A stretch of DNA of 64,000 nt from Perkinsela sp. CCAP 1560/9. Its lineage: Eukaryota; Protista; Euglenozoa: Kinetoplastea. The notes beneath the pieces are model-generated. The model was not told the origin of the DNA and searched no databases. It saw only the letters and a program-made list of their open reading frames with translations. This document shows, piece by piece, positions 1-11,641 of the stretch (the first letter of the stretch is position 1; each line of letters starts with the position of its first letter). Location of the stretch: the NCBI GenBank assembly GCA_965644495.1, contig CBFFSA010000002.1, positions 1,054,001 to 1,118,000 on the forward strand. Reading direction: 5' to 3'. The translations under genes were made by a program, and so were the position numbers.

Positions 1-660
1 TCCTGCTGAAACTCAATAAAAAGATTTGCCTCATTCACCCAGGAAAAGGTTGTACTATCCAAAGTTTCGACTTCTACAGACTTCGTTGAATTGGAAGGCG
101 AAAGGGCACATGAGTCTTTATCCTGTGCACTGGTAGAGATACAAGAGGGCTTTACCGCGCTAGCATCCACCTTTTCTACGAACTTTGTTGACACCAAACA
201 CAAACTTTCCTTTGTGTTTCGTACTGCATGCAGTCGCCCATTGTATTGGGCTAAACTGTATGGTAGACTCGTGTGTATCAGCAAAAATTTTGGTCTCGAA
301 CCCTCATAGGAGGAAAGCAAGGGAAGAACGGAATCCGTGCAAACGAGACACTTCACTTTTTGGGAGAAAAACGCGTTAATGTTTCGGGATAGCTTTTCCT
401 TTGGCAAGTCAAAGTGACCTAATGTGTGTGTACGCCTCGATGGTGCGCTTTCGTCCTTATCCCTCGGTTCTCCATTTCGGTTTGCCCACTTAACATGTGA
501 TCGACGCATGCATAAAGTGCGTAGCTGGCGACCGATGGCTTCACACTCCAAAGAGGTTCTACAAAATAGAAGAAGACTTTCGCCAAGCGACTGTGCTTGT
601 ACGATGTGAAGCAAAAGTTTTAGACGGACGCATTTTATTCCATAGGAGTCTAGCTCCCGC
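1..660 (-). pseudogene. Frameshifted or partial helicase C-terminal (HELICc-like) coding region running off the window edge
   Basis: Manual translation gives LKLLLHIVQ..LLLFCRTSLECEAIGRQL in one frame. Another frame gives HFDLPKEKLSRNINAFFSQKVKCLVCTD..IHTSLPYSLAQYNGRL and stays open to position 1. Resembles degenerate SF2 motifs IV-VI. Confidence 0.4.
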
Positions 661-1229
661 CCACGTAAGCTCCCATGACGGAACGCATCGATGTGGCAGG
701 CATCGATGTCGGGTGAGTAATTTAAAGGAGACCACCAGTCTACTGTGTATGGGGCATACGGATCTATCTCAATGAATGTGTGAAGTGTCATTGCGCTACA
801 GGATAATATTCAAATGAATCATGTAAACAGAACGTTTCAGTGGTGCAAATCGGCATGCGGTGCTTCATACCAGTAAGTGTGAAACCGTAATGGATAGTAT
901 TTTATGTGAAAAGAATAAAGAACAAAAAAATGAATTTTTAGATTCCACGTGACCCTTTCGATACTGCGATTTTGCTACGATCAATAATAGAGGGGCTGCG
1001 AGTGAAACCTCGTCGAACTTCGTGAAACTTCGGAACCTCGATGAAACCCTCGGTGAAACCTCGCCATAGGACCTTCTGCAAGTCCGCCTTTTTAGAAGTT
1101 TCTATGGGTAACACTGGGTAGCACAGGTTGCACCGGGTAAATTATTAATCAATATTTTTGAAATTAGTACTCTTTGAGATTTCTGAATGCAAAAGAATAA
1201 AAAATAATTTTTCAATCAAACTCCTTAAC

Positions 1230-1724
1230 ATGATTTCCTCCTGTATGGCTATGTCTGGGCAAGATTCTCTTCCGCAGCTTTACTGTACGGAATGTGGAAA
1301 GAAAACGTTTTTTTCGGTGTTGGCTCCTAGGCGTTGTCTCGTGTGTCAAGCAACAGAAGACGCAGCATCTACCATTGTGGATGTGGAGACATACCTGCGC
1401 TGTAGTTACAAAAACGTGCCCGTCACCGCCAACATACATGTATGTCCCGTAAGTACCGCTCCGAAAAATATTGAAGAGATATCCCGCGCATTCAAGGAAA
1501 CGCTGAGTGCCGTGGGTGTCAATGTGGAAAGCGCACAACGGGTTTGCTGCACATACAGCAAATACTGGTTGTGCATGAAACAGCTGACTTCCGATGATGT
1601 AGCTCGGATTCTTTGGCAAGTAGCTACGTACCGCGGGATGCCTGCATTCGCGCATCACGTTTCGTCGCGCTTTATCATTTCAAAACGGCTCTTCATCCTG
1701 ACGACTACCTCAAAAAATACCTAG
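1230..1724 (+). CDS. Hypothetical Zn-ribbon ORF (CTECG..CLVC) inside a repeat-bounded segment
   Basis: Opposite strand to the gene cluster. Flanked by direct repeats GGGTAACACTGGGTAGCACAGGTTGCAC at ~1106 and ~1841. Confidence 0.3.
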   Translation: MISSCMAMSGQDSLPQLYCTECGKKTFFSVLAPRRCLVCQATEDAASTIVDVETYLRCSYKNVPVTANIHVCPVSTAPKNIEEISRAFKETLSAVGVNVESAQRVCCTYSKYWLCMKQLTSDDVARILWQVATYRGMPAFAHHVSSRFIISKRLFILTTTSKNT

Positions 1725-2153
1725 ATCGAGCCCACTATTTTCGACTATTGGCGCCAACCTCCAGGTACTGTCTTCATCCCCGCCACTGCAGAGGTGGTGG
1801 TCGAGAGGCCACCACCAGTGACCTTGCAAAAGTCTTCTCTGGGTAACACTGGGTAGCACAGGTTGCACTGGGTAGCACAGCGTACACAAGATCACACTGG
1901 GTAACTGCAGAATCTCCATAGCAGCCCCGCAATAGAAAACGGCCATTGCTTGGAATTAAAACGATCAAGAAAATATGAATTCTCAACTAGTTAAAGGTGT
2001 ATGCTACTTTGAACTCGACCGAAGACGCTACTGTAGAACCGAGCAGGTTTCACCTCTCTAAAACTAAGACTCGACGTGTTGAACGAATTATGACTGAATC
2101 AAATAAGTTTCTGTGGGGAAGCTTCCCATCTGAAGTACTACACGTATAATTCA

Positions 2154-3461
2154 TTACATGGGAAATTTGTGAAGCAGCAGTGACTCAAAATTTTCCAAAG
2201 CATGCATAGCGTTATCCTTGAGAATCTCAGAGGAAAGTTCCGGCGTCGAGATGTTTCCCACTCCCGAGAGTTCGGGAGTGACCATTTCGAAATTCCTACA
2301 AACGTAACGAGCGACGTGCTGCAAAAAAGGAAGATATGCCCACGACGTGCAAGTATTTTCTTCAATAAAAATCTGGCACATCTCGCTGGGGGACATCGCT
2401 TCACCTCTGCTGCAAGTCTCATTCACGCCTTGCACTAATGTGTGCAGAAAAGCGTTATTTTCCGGAAAAGCGACCCACAGATAAAATTCTTTTTGGGGAG
2501 TCACCAAATGCTGATGTTCGCGAGCCTTCAAAGGAGAGGATTCACTTTTCCTCAAAAAATCGGAATGCGTCTCTAATGTAAGCCACATGACCGGAAGAGG
2601 ACTCTCTTTACGATCACTGCTCTCGTCGATATCACGACGGAGAACCAGGACGTTCCACAAAGCGTCATCCGGGGATTTCGCTGCCTTGCTCGCAATCTTC
2701 CAAGGAAGCGAGTGCATGCCCATGCGGTTGTACTCACGCAGGCAATCCTGTGTGCGTAAAAAATGGAGCAACGCGTTGAAACATTGCAAATTCTCCCTGT
2801 TCGCCGTACTGCATACACTTTCAAGGGATCCCAATGTTTTTTCATCCCGTTGTATTTCGCATGCTGTGCTTCGATCTGCTGTTGTATTCAAAGAATCGCG
2901 CAATTCGCGAGGAGCAGCTACTTCGGAAGCAGAATTATTGGTTAGATTTGGATCGCTAAAAGGAGGACTAAGTTGTGGATTTGACATGTTGGATGCTGAA
3001 AATATTTCAGAGGATGAATCACTGGTTTGTGCAATACTCGTTAGATACATTTCTGATCGATCACACTGTGATTCTTCCTGGGTTTGCTTTTCCTGCCATT
3101 TTTTTATTTCGGATTCCATGGACTGCATAAGATGACAGTAAGCGACACTCATGGATGAAAGAACTTGCAGATCGTGCTCTTCTAAAATAGTGGTTGCAGA
3201 AAGTGTGTTTATAGAAGTATCATCCGCTCGTAGATCAGCATCAGTTGCTACGGATAGAGCAGGTTCATTTTCTGCTTTTGATGAAACGCTATTCTCAATT
3301 GTATTTTCTTTTGGAAAATCTTCGATCGGTTCTTCATGATTGCTTTTTAATGCGCCTGAGGGTAATAAGGGGGTTCGAGTCTTTAATTTTCTTATCGCAT
3401 TGCAGCCAACTTCTCGAGCGCGCTCTATTAATAACAAGGTTTGCTTAATGGCATCGTCCAT
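2154..3461 (-). CDS. Hypothetical protein
   Basis: Long ORF on the cluster strand. First ATG at 3461; no recognisable motif. Confidence 0.6.
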   Translation of the reverse strand: MDDAIKQTLLLIERAREVGCNAIRKLKTRTPLLPSGALKSNHEEPIEDFPKENTIENSVSSKAENEPALSVATDADLRADDTSINTLSATTILEEHDLQVLSSMSVAYCHLMQSMESEIKKWQEKQTQEESQCDRSEMYLTSIAQTSDSSSEIFSASNMSNPQLSPPFSDPNLTNNSASEVAAPRELRDSLNTTADRSTACEIQRDEKTLGSLESVCSTANRENLQCFNALLHFLRTQDCLREYNRMGMHSLPWKIASKAAKSPDDALWNVLVLRRDIDESSDRKESPLPVMWLTLETHSDFLRKSESSPLKAREHQHLVTPQKEFYLWVAFPENNAFLHTLVQGVNETCSRGEAMSPSEMCQIFIEENTCTSWAYLPFLQHVARYVCRNFEMVTPELSGVGNISTPELSSEILKDNAMHALENFESLLLHKFPM

Positions 3462-3646
3462 GAAGGAGTAAAGAAAATAAGGGAGTAAAGAAGATTTAGG
3501 ATGCAAGAATAGATTTCTTATTGCTGACTAGGATAGAAATAAAGATGGTATTAAAAAAAAGGTAAAAAAATGTCTACCAATCGGTTGAGCAATAAGTAAT
3601 TGTTGAACGTGTAAGCTGAGTCAATTCTTTTGAAAAGAAATGTCCG

Positions 3647-4411
3647 TCAAGTTGGATCAAATGTAGGGTCGATAAGAATTCGGTAAGCAGTAATGATTTT
3701 AGCCAGTAAGTACGAGGAAAAAGCTGCAGAAGTGTGAGAATTAACATCGGGTGACACGTCTTTTGAAGAGTCAGACGCGATATTCTTGACAATCGTTTCT
3801 TTAGAACTCTTTGTAATGACACCTTCGTTTGTCGTATGAGTGTCAAATCGTAAAAAGAGAAGCCAACGTCTTAGGGTATCCTCAGCAATGCCTAGTTGCT
3901 TCTTTGAGAGAAAATTTTTCATATAAATTTCGTGCAAATCATAGCGATGACGCAAAAATTCGTCTTGTGAAACCCCTCCCGCATTTAGAGAATAGCAATA
4001 GGCCCTGTATTTCTCCTCTAGTAAAATTTGTGCCCCTTTGCATTTATCACGCTGTGTATTCGATTCAAATTCAATGCCAAGAATTTGAAATGCCTCGGCA
4101 AAAGACATTAAGCTTTGCACATGTTCATCAAAAGAAATTGTTTCCGGCTCGCGCGAGGGCACGTCCTCGTGATCCTTTGAGGAGTCTTCGAAAAACGCGT
4201 GAATTTTGCGCTTCTCACGTCCCTTAAAGCTGGACGCTTTTTCGTCATATGGATAAGAGCTGGAAGCCTGTTTTTGAAATTCCTTACGGAGTGTTTTTTG
4301 TATTTCTGCCAGATGAGCGTCCACAAAAGCTTTGCCTATAATACCAGCAGCCGTAATGGCGAGTCGACCCAAAATGGGCAGAATATGTTTTGCAGGAGTA
4401 CGACGGATCAT
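3647..4411 (-). CDS. PAM16: Pam16/Tim16-like mitochondrial J-like protein
   Basis: AITAAGIIGKAFVDAH, MSFAEAFQILGI and SSYLLAKIITAYRIL match the three conserved Pam16 blocks. Long insertion between the last two. Confidence 0.7.
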   Translation of the reverse strand: MIRRTPAKHILPILGRLAITAAGIIGKAFVDAHLAEIQKTLRKEFQKQASSSYPYDEKASSFKGREKRKIHAFFEDSSKDHEDVPSREPETISFDEHVQSLMSFAEAFQILGIEFESNTQRDKCKGAQILLEEKYRAYCYSLNAGGVSQDEFLRHRYDLHEIYMKNFLSKKQLGIAEDTLRRWLLFLRFDTHTTNEGVITKSSKETIVKNIASDSSKDVSPDVNSHTSAAFSSYLLAKIITAYRILIDPTFDPT

Positions 4412-4605
4412 ACAAAATGCTCAAAGAAGCAAAACCAATATGAGTACAAAGCACGCCTAAAGTAGCAGGATAAGAAGATAGAATTGTTATTTGCAGAAGA
4501 CAGACTTAAAAGCGCCAAAAAATATCTCACAAGAGTTTTTTACTAACAAAGAAATATACAGTGCGAAAGCTAAAGGAGACACAAATTTTAGTGTACCTAC
4601 CAAAG

Positions 4606-5307
4606 TCACAAGATTATAAGTTTTGTGCCATTGACGTTAATCTGATATTTCTCGCAATATTTCTCGACCACGGGATTAATAAATTTAGGCTTTTCAAGAA
4701 CACCCTGCAGTCCCGGATTATTTTGAAGGTGGAGACTGAGTTTCAGGGGAACGCTATAAAAATGAACTAGAGTATCAAATTTATTGTCGTTACAGGATAA
4801 AGATGTCAATGTTAATGGTAGATGACGAAAATCTAGACACCCTGTAAACTGATTGTTTCCTAAGTTGAGGTATGTCATGTTCTGTGGCAAGCAATCAAGC
4901 ACCACGTTTCCTGAAAACATGTTTCTACTTAGAGAAAGGGATGTTAAGCCCTGCGGAAGACGAGTTAGGTTCACACTTCCCTGTAATTTATTTCTTTCGA
5001 TACGAAACTTCTTCAAAGATTGCGGCAAATGTTGCCAATGAAGCCTACCGGAAAAGCCGTTTCCATAAGCATAGAAACTTCTAAGGTGTGGTGGTATGTG
5101 TGACTTGGGATCCCAATAAATTGCGCTGATGTGTATGCCATCGCCACACGTAACGCCTTTCCATTCGCATGCAGGGGTAGAGGCATTCCACGAGGGGAAC
5201 GGATTTTCAATATCTTTGGTCAGTTGTGCTAATTCGAATTCTGGTGGCAGGTTTCCTCTTACTTTAGCGGCACGTTGATGTGGTAACTTTGATGATGAAT
5301 CGTCCAT
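4606..5307 (-). CDS. LRR family protein
   Basis: RAAKVRG-LPPEFEL motif, W..STPACEWKGVTC cap, LPxxLxxLxLxxNxFxG repeats. Confidence 0.85.
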   Translation of the reverse strand: MDDSSSKLPHQRAAKVRGNLPPEFELAQLTKDIENPFPSWNASTPACEWKGVTCGDGIHISAIYWDPKSHIPPHLRSFYAYGNGFSGRLHWQHLPQSLKKFRIERNKLQGSVNLTRLPQGLTSLSLSRNMFSGNVVLDCLPQNMTYLNLGNNQFTGCLDFRHLPLTLTSLSCNDNKFDTLVHFYSVPLKLSLHLQNNPGLQGVLEKPKFINPVVEKYCEKYQINVNGTKLIIL

Positions 5308-6000
5308 ATACTGTATGCAAAAAAGAAAAAATTTTAAATCTGATTGAAATTTAATCTGACCACTTTATTACCGACGACCACTGTATGCGCAATACAAAAG
5401 TTATAGGAAACGTTGCGGTGGTTGTATAACTACCGCTCTACCATCGATTTTTGCAAAAAAAGTGAACAAAAACAGTGAAAATATAAAGAGAAACAGAGTA
5501 ATATAATAGACGAAAAAAATATAAAAGGGGGCCCCGGTGGTCCAAAACTGAAAAAAAAATTTCAAAAAAATGAGGGGTCCATGGGGGGGGCATACGTCGC
5601 GATTTTTTTTTTCGAATTTTCTGCTTTTCAAAATCGAGCGCAGGGAAGTGGTAGAGTAGGCCGCGGCGATAATTTTCCACCCCCCCTGGTACGCGCAGGA
5701 GGGGTCCGACAAGGTCAAAATTTCCGAAAGTTTTAGGGTGACCCAAAAAATTTTTTTTTTGACCCCAAAAAAAGTAAAAATATTATTTTTCCAAAGTCGA
5801 CTTCTAAATCGTATTGGGGGAGTTTGGGACAGCTACGATTCTACGACGTTTTTGTCGACAGATTCGACTCCTGCCCCTACTGGTAAGTCATCCAAAACGG
5901 CAACATTCGGTGTAAAATTTCGCAATTTTTGCCGAAAAATCGAGCATTTACCCCCGAAAAAGGAGATTATTCGTAATCGTTTGGAGATTTTTCTTTTTTA

Positions 6001-6095
6001 GGCTCTTCGTTAAACGCGGTGGTAGTTTTCAATGCGAAGCGCGCGGCATGAGTGACTTCTAAGTTGAAAACAACCACCGCGTTTAACGAAGAGCC
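6001..6095. mobile_element. 95-bp palindromic MITE flanked by TA
   Basis: ~33-bp TIR starting GGCTCTTCGTTAAACGCGGTGG. Second copy inverted at 63425-63519. Confidence 0.8.
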
Positions 6096-6164
6096 TAATT
6101 AATAATATATTTTATTTTATTATACACCTGTGTACCTAATAAGTCCTGTTTATACCTACCAAAA

Positions 6165-7229
6165 TCACAAGATGATGAGTTTTGTGCCACTAACGTCAAC
6201 CCATGCCAGAGTCGCAGGAAAACTGGACTTTTCAAGGACACCATGCAGTTCAGGATTAATGTGAAGCTGGATGAATTCTAGTTTCGGGGGAAGTCCATGA
6301 AACTGAGCTAGAGTATCAAAGTTATTGTCGTTACAGGATAAAGATGTCAATGTTAATGGCAGATGACGAAAATCTAGACACCCTGTAAACTGATTGTTTC
6401 CAAAGTTGAGATATGTCATGTTCTGTGGCAAGCAATCAAGTATCACGTTTCCTGAAAACTTGTTTTAATTTAAAGAAAGGGATGTTAAGCCCTGCGGAAG
6501 ACGAGTTAGGTCCACAATTCCGTGTAAATTATTTTTTTTCAATGCGAAATTTCTCCAAAGATTGCGGCAAATGTTGCCAATGAAGCCTACCGGAAAAACC
6601 CCTTCCCCAAGGATCGAATTTTCGTAGGTGTGGTGATGTTCTCCTGGAATCCCAACGAATTTCGGTGACACGTATGTCATCGACACACGTAACGCCTCTC
6701 CATTCGCATGCAGGGGTAGAGGTATTCCATGTGGGTTAAATTTATCATACCTTTATAAGGCAGAGAATATGCGGATAGGCCTGGGGGGCGCATATGACGC
6801 TGCCCAGACCTATCTTTTACAGACGTTATACCCGTCCTTCTGTCCAAACGGCAGATTCGCGGTTCTGCCAGATAATGAAACTGCCTCGAAGGGCGGTCTG
6901 CATTAGACTTTCTCGACATTTTTCCGCAAGCTTTGTGTCCTCGTCAAAGAGGAGATTGAGGTTTCGACAAGATGTGAGTAACGAGCCGCGGGCTCCCACT
7001 TCGAATACAACAAGGGTCGTCCTAGGGTGATTAATGCGTCGTTCATGGAAGAGAGCATTATATTTACGGGATTTGCCCTCGTGCGCCTGAGACTTTTTTA
7101 GGAACTGAGACTTTTTTAGAACGGATTTTCAAAATCTTTTATAAGTTGTGCGAGCTCAAATTCCTGTGGCAGGTTTCCTCTTACTTTTGCGGCACGCCGA
7201 TATGGTAAATTTGATGATGAACCGTCCAT
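6165..7229 (-). pseudogene. LRR pseudogene interrupted by a LINE 3' fragment
   Basis: ATG at 7229 (MDGSSSNLPYRRAAKVRG). Insertion 6736-7118 falls between codons ENPF and PTW. Further frameshift and stop downstream. Confidence 0.85.
6736..7118 (-). mobile_element. 5'-truncated 3' end of a HERO/NeSL-like RLE non-LTR retrotransposon
   Basis: Translates AHEGKSRKYNALFHER..VFEVGARG..ALRGSFIIWQNR, homologous to the C-terminus of the LINE at 35515-37680. Ends in TCTCTGCCTTATAAAGGTATGATAAA. Confidence 0.8.
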
Positions 7230-7540
7230 GTACCGTATGTAAAAAATCAAGTTACTATCTGAATGCTGTAGAATGGAGGGGATAGTGAACTTCATTAGCC
7301 ACTGTTCTTAGAAGTATACTGTACATTAAGGAGGAATGAGGTAAATTGGCCTGTATTTGCATTTGAACTCATTCCAAATTTTTAGAACGCTTATTTATAC
7401 AACGCAATACAGTACTACTGGTACAGTAGTACCACAGATAGCCCCTACGTGATAGATTCTATAGTAATCTCGTACGTATAGTAACGTTGTAAGTGTCGTA
7501 CCCTTGTATATGAATTCAACCCCTCATCGTTGTTTTCTCT

Positions 7541-8971
7541 TTACAAGTCAGGCACAGTAATGGTGTTCTCCCCTGCAGAGATGCGTCCCCACCTTGGAGC
7601 TACAAATCGCTGACACTCATTTTTTAAATAATTGGCAAACATAAGTTTGATAAAGTTCGAGTAGCGCAGCTCCCGGTCGGAGGCTGTTTTCAACCAATCC
7701 TTGCACGCGTCCTTGGAAAGAAGCGCTACTAAATCCGCCGGGCTTCGTTTCAAATTCTCAGGGAGATCCGAGGAGGGACAGTACACATCCAACCCATCCT
7801 TCGATAACACTGCACTGAGGCGGTTCTCACAAACCATATCCAGCAAATTCCCTAATGAACGCTGTTCCTCCTCGCTCATAAAGCTCCCTGGATGCAACAA
7901 CGTCTCCCCGCGAATCCGACTCAACTCCTCGTACAAAATATGCAGCGGGTCGCGTTCCCCAATCTTATTACTGTGTCGGTTCTCCTGAAACATTCGGTGT
8001 TTAAACTTCAAAATGCTATGGGGCGGGAGCGCTGCCTCCGGACCCTCCCGTTTGGCTTTTCGAAGCACCATACCCTCCGCAAAATTTCCCGGGAGCACAT
8101 AATCCCCCAGACCGACGAGATGGGGAATCACCGTCTGGTACACGTCCATGTTAAACGCGAGGCAGTGCTCCAAGGTGCCGCGCATCATCGGTTTCGCATA
8201 CAGCAGCCCCGGAATTTGTTGCCATATTTTTAAACAATCATCCATAGAGCACGTAATCCACCCCTCCGTGGGCAAGGTGCGGTATTTCAACTCAAACGCA
8301 AAAAAATGCAACGTCGGGGAGTACTGCGGAAAGAAATCATTCTGAATCGGCGCAATGCGGTGCATCTTGCCATTAAACTCGAGCCATCTATCCTCCCCGG
8401 GGGGAAGCCCCGGGTGGGTATACTTGCCCCCAAAGAGCTCCCCAAACAGAATAAACCCCTCAATATTCACCCGGAACCGCTCCCGGAGGAGCTGATCCAG
8501 CAGCGGCACCCACTGTCGCATTTTCCCCGTTAACAGGGCGTAGCCAAAGAAGAACTCATCCTCGCGAATAAAGGTGGACCGTTTCGCGAAGCGCACCTCC
8601 TTTGTGTTCTTATAGGCGTGGAGGCCAAAGTTAGCCCCGTGGACTTTCTCCTGGGCGACCCACTCGTCCCGGTCCTCACTCATGAGACTGCGAAGGAAGC
8701 GCTCCTTCGGCATGTCGAACTCGGTGAACCGGGTGAACTCCGGCGCCTCGGGTTTGGAGCGGGGGGAGGACAAGAGATTGACGGGAGAGGAAGCAGCAGA
8801 AGATAAAGAAGAAGAACCACTTGGGGGCTCAATCGGCAAACTGTCGATGAAACTGGAATAGGCCCGGGGAGGGGGGAGGGGGGTGAGGGAGGAGAGGGGG
8901 AGGAGGAAGCGGTTGAGGGGGGAGAAGCGGGAGGTGAGGGGGTAGGGGGGGTGGAGAGGTGGGGGGAACAT
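7541..8971 (-). CDS. KREL1: Mitochondrial RNA-editing ligase (KREL1-like; REL1 vs REL2 not resolved)
   Basis: EWVAQEKVHGANF (motif I), RFAKRS, GELFGGKY.HP, FPQYSPTLHFFAF, AEGMVLR, RLSAVLSK, KDACKDWLK match kinetoplastid REL. N-terminal presequence-like region. Confidence 0.9.
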   Translation of the reverse strand: MFPPPLHPPYPLTSRFSPLNRFLLPLSSLTPLPPPRAYSSFIDSLPIEPPSGSSSLSSAASSPVNLLSSPRSKPEAPEFTRFTEFDMPKERFLRSLMSEDRDEWVAQEKVHGANFGLHAYKNTKEVRFAKRSTFIREDEFFFGYALLTGKMRQWVPLLDQLLRERFRVNIEGFILFGELFGGKYTHPGLPPGEDRWLEFNGKMHRIAPIQNDFFPQYSPTLHFFAFELKYRTLPTEGWITCSMDDCLKIWQQIPGLLYAKPMMRGTLEHCLAFNMDVYQTVIPHLVGLGDYVLPGNFAEGMVLRKAKREGPEAALPPHSILKFKHRMFQENRHSNKIGERDPLHILYEELSRIRGETLLHPGSFMSEEEQRSLGNLLDMVCENRLSAVLSKDGLDVYCPSSDLPENLKRSPADLVALLSKDACKDWLKTASDRELRYSNFIKLMFANYLKNECQRFVAPRWGRISAGENTITVPDL

Positions 8972-9259
8972 GGGGGAAGAGGGCGAGGAGGGAGGGGAGG
9001 GAGGGTGAGAAAAAGGGATAGAAATAAGGGACTGGGGGAGGGAAGGAGGGTTAGGTGGGTGGGAAGGGAGGTGAAAACGTGGGGGTGGAGGGTTTAGGGA
9101 AAAAACGTGAAGTCAACAATTACTATTAAGAGGGTTGAAACCTATGAAAGGAAAAACCTGGCAAAACCCGCATATTCCTCATTGACGTGGCGAAGGAAAC
9201 TACTTTGTCAAAAACAGTGAAGAACATACTTGATCTCCATCGTGCGCTGCAAAACATTT

Positions 9260-9600
9260 TCGCGCCACAAAAAATGAAAATTTTGAAAAAAATATTTTTC
9301 GAAATACACCCCGAGAAAGGGTTGCCGAGGTCTTGGCGCACATTTTCCACCCCCGTACTCGGGGAACACTCCCCCTGGTATCAACAGGACGGGGCTGCCA
9401 AGTTCGGTTTTTCTGAAAAGAAAGTTGAGAAAAAAGTCAACTTGGCGAAAAACATGGCTTAAAAAACAGCTTTTCAAAATCGTTTCACCTATAGTAGTTT
9501 GAGAGTTTGGGACCTATACTAGCTTTCTACGCCGTTGTTTTCACAAGATGCCCCTTCTTGAAGCCGTGACACGTCTCCCAAAATGACGCCCCCAAAAATA
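9260..9600. repeat. Interspersed repeat; inverted copy at ~63780-64000, diverged relative at ~5640-5880
   Basis: Shared CAGGACGGG..GCCAAGTTCGG..AATCGTTTC..GAGAGTTTGGGACCTATACTAG blocks. Confidence 0.65.
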
Positions 9601-10459
9601 GGTGTCCTGGCAAAACCAGGCAAAACCTAACAGGTTTCAATCCTCTAATGCTAGGGGGGGGCATGGGGGGGCGTTTTTTGAAAATTTCAAAATCTTGAAG
9701 CGTAGGGAAGTGTTAAATCGGTTTTTCCTACACCACTTGCTTCGTTCATTCATTGCAGATTTGTATGGGAGCGATCATGCGTATGGCCAACACAAACGCA
9801 TTACTAGATCTTGGGAAAGCCTAGGCAGAATGGCGAGTCCCTTGTCCGACACGCTGGTGGCCGACGTTCGAATCTGTGGAGGGAGCTCTGAACGATCCCA
9901 GATGGGAATCGTTTACTACGAAAACTAGAATATTTACGTGACTTGAATCGCTACTAATCTATCGTATTGTTGGTAAGTTAATGAAACCCGACGATACGAC
10001 TGTCCTCGCGGTGGTGCGAATGCTTATAAAATGCTGCTGTGGTTGTATAACTCCCTCTCTACATTCGATTGTCGAAAAAAGTCAACAATAACAGGGGGAA
10101 AATAAAAAGGAACACAGTAATATACTAAAGAAAAAAATATAAAAGGGGGATCCGGTGGTTTACTATAGTAGTACAATATAGAAGTCACCACTGCTGGGTG
10201 CTTCACTTTGAAAACTACCTCCGCGTGTAAGGCGACTGAAAAAAAAGAATTCGCCAAAAGATCAAAAATAATTCATCTTTTGGGTAAACATACTGTATTT
10301 ACGGAGACATATACTGTACTGTTTCCCGTAAAAACCTTTGATCCCTATGGGTTATGTATCCTGTGAAGGAAACAAATGTTGTGAACAAAAGCTGAGTAGG
10401 ACCATTTGAAGGCTGAGGCCTTGTATATTGAGATGAAAGTGTAGGTTTTTGTGGAGGGC

Positions 10460-10690
10460 AAAGACCTTTTTTACTCATGAGCGCGTTGATTTTCTGCCCA
10501 ACCAACCCCACGCTGAGCCATCACAACCCGCCCAACTACCCTCACCACGACTAGCCACCCTTACCCGTCCAACCACCCCGCCCGCTCAGCCTCACCAGCC
10601 GATTAGCGTTCCGAGCCAAATCTCTGTTACTGAGGGGGGCTTGACGACATGGAGATATCTGACGGTATCTGGAAACATCTGGGGATAGTT
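10460..10690. repeat. Interspersed repeat; inverted copy at ~49830-50030
   Basis: Shared CAGCCATCACAACCC..ACCCTTACCCGTCCAAC..GCTCAGC blocks. Confidence 0.65.
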
Positions 10691-10889
10691 TTTCATCGTA
10701 ACATCCGGTCATCTACAGACTCTCCAACAAAACTCTCCAATAAGAACGTAATAATAAACCGATGATTTAGACGCGGATTAGTAGACACAATAACTAATAT
10801 TGAAAAAAAACAAAATTATGGACAAACATGTTCATGTGCAGAATGAGTTCTAATTAAGAAATGCGTTGTTGGACAGTGATTTATTTATT

Positions 10890-11242
10890 TAAACCACATA
10901 CCCATTTAACATACCCCCCGGTATGTTATCAAGGTATAGGTATGTTAAGTAGACTGATAATGAAATAAGAAAGATAAGAAAATCACTTTCACAGTTAGAA
11001 CCTGTATCTAAAGATGTACCGCGCGTAGTACTAAATGCCAAAAGGTATCAAAATACATCAAAAAACGCATAAAAGAAACATTTTGTTAAAAAGGTACGTG
11101 ACATTACGGTTGGATTTTGGTACAGTTGCACAAAAAAAGCCGTGGGACGAGGGGGGAGTATGTTAAGTGTCTCAGGCCAGAATAACATACCCCCCCGGTA
11201 TGTTATCCAAGGTATAGGTATGTTAAACGGGTATGTGGTTTA
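10890..11242. mobile_element. MITE with TIR AACCACATACCC(A/G)TTTAACATACC, TA-flanked
   Basis: Inverted termini with subterminal AACATACCCCCCGGTATGTT palindromes. Longer relative at 14088-14979. Confidence 0.75.
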
Positions 11243-11641
11243 ATCAAAATCGGGTCCGGGTGATAGGTGGGGGCTTGAAGGGGTGCAAAGGGGTGAGATC
11301 GCGCCTTGAGTGCAAAAGCTTCCTCGCTTGTTTTCCATTCATGTACGATACAGTAAAAATAACCTAGATAACGTAATACGAATGTAATGTATTATTGAAA
11401 ATCCGAATCTTCCCGTGTGGAAATCCTAAAAATCTTGTCCAGTGAGAAACGGTTAGAGTTTCAGTCCTTTACAATTGTTTCAAAAGAGTCATATGAAAAA
11501 TAAATTCGCTCAACCACCTAGTAAATAAATTTTTATTAAACTCTCCCATAAGCTCCTTGTTTTCTGCAACACTTAGCCGCACCAACCTTGTTGGCAGTGA
11601 ATCTAACCCTGTTATGTGCTCAAGTCGATTGTTGTTTAACG

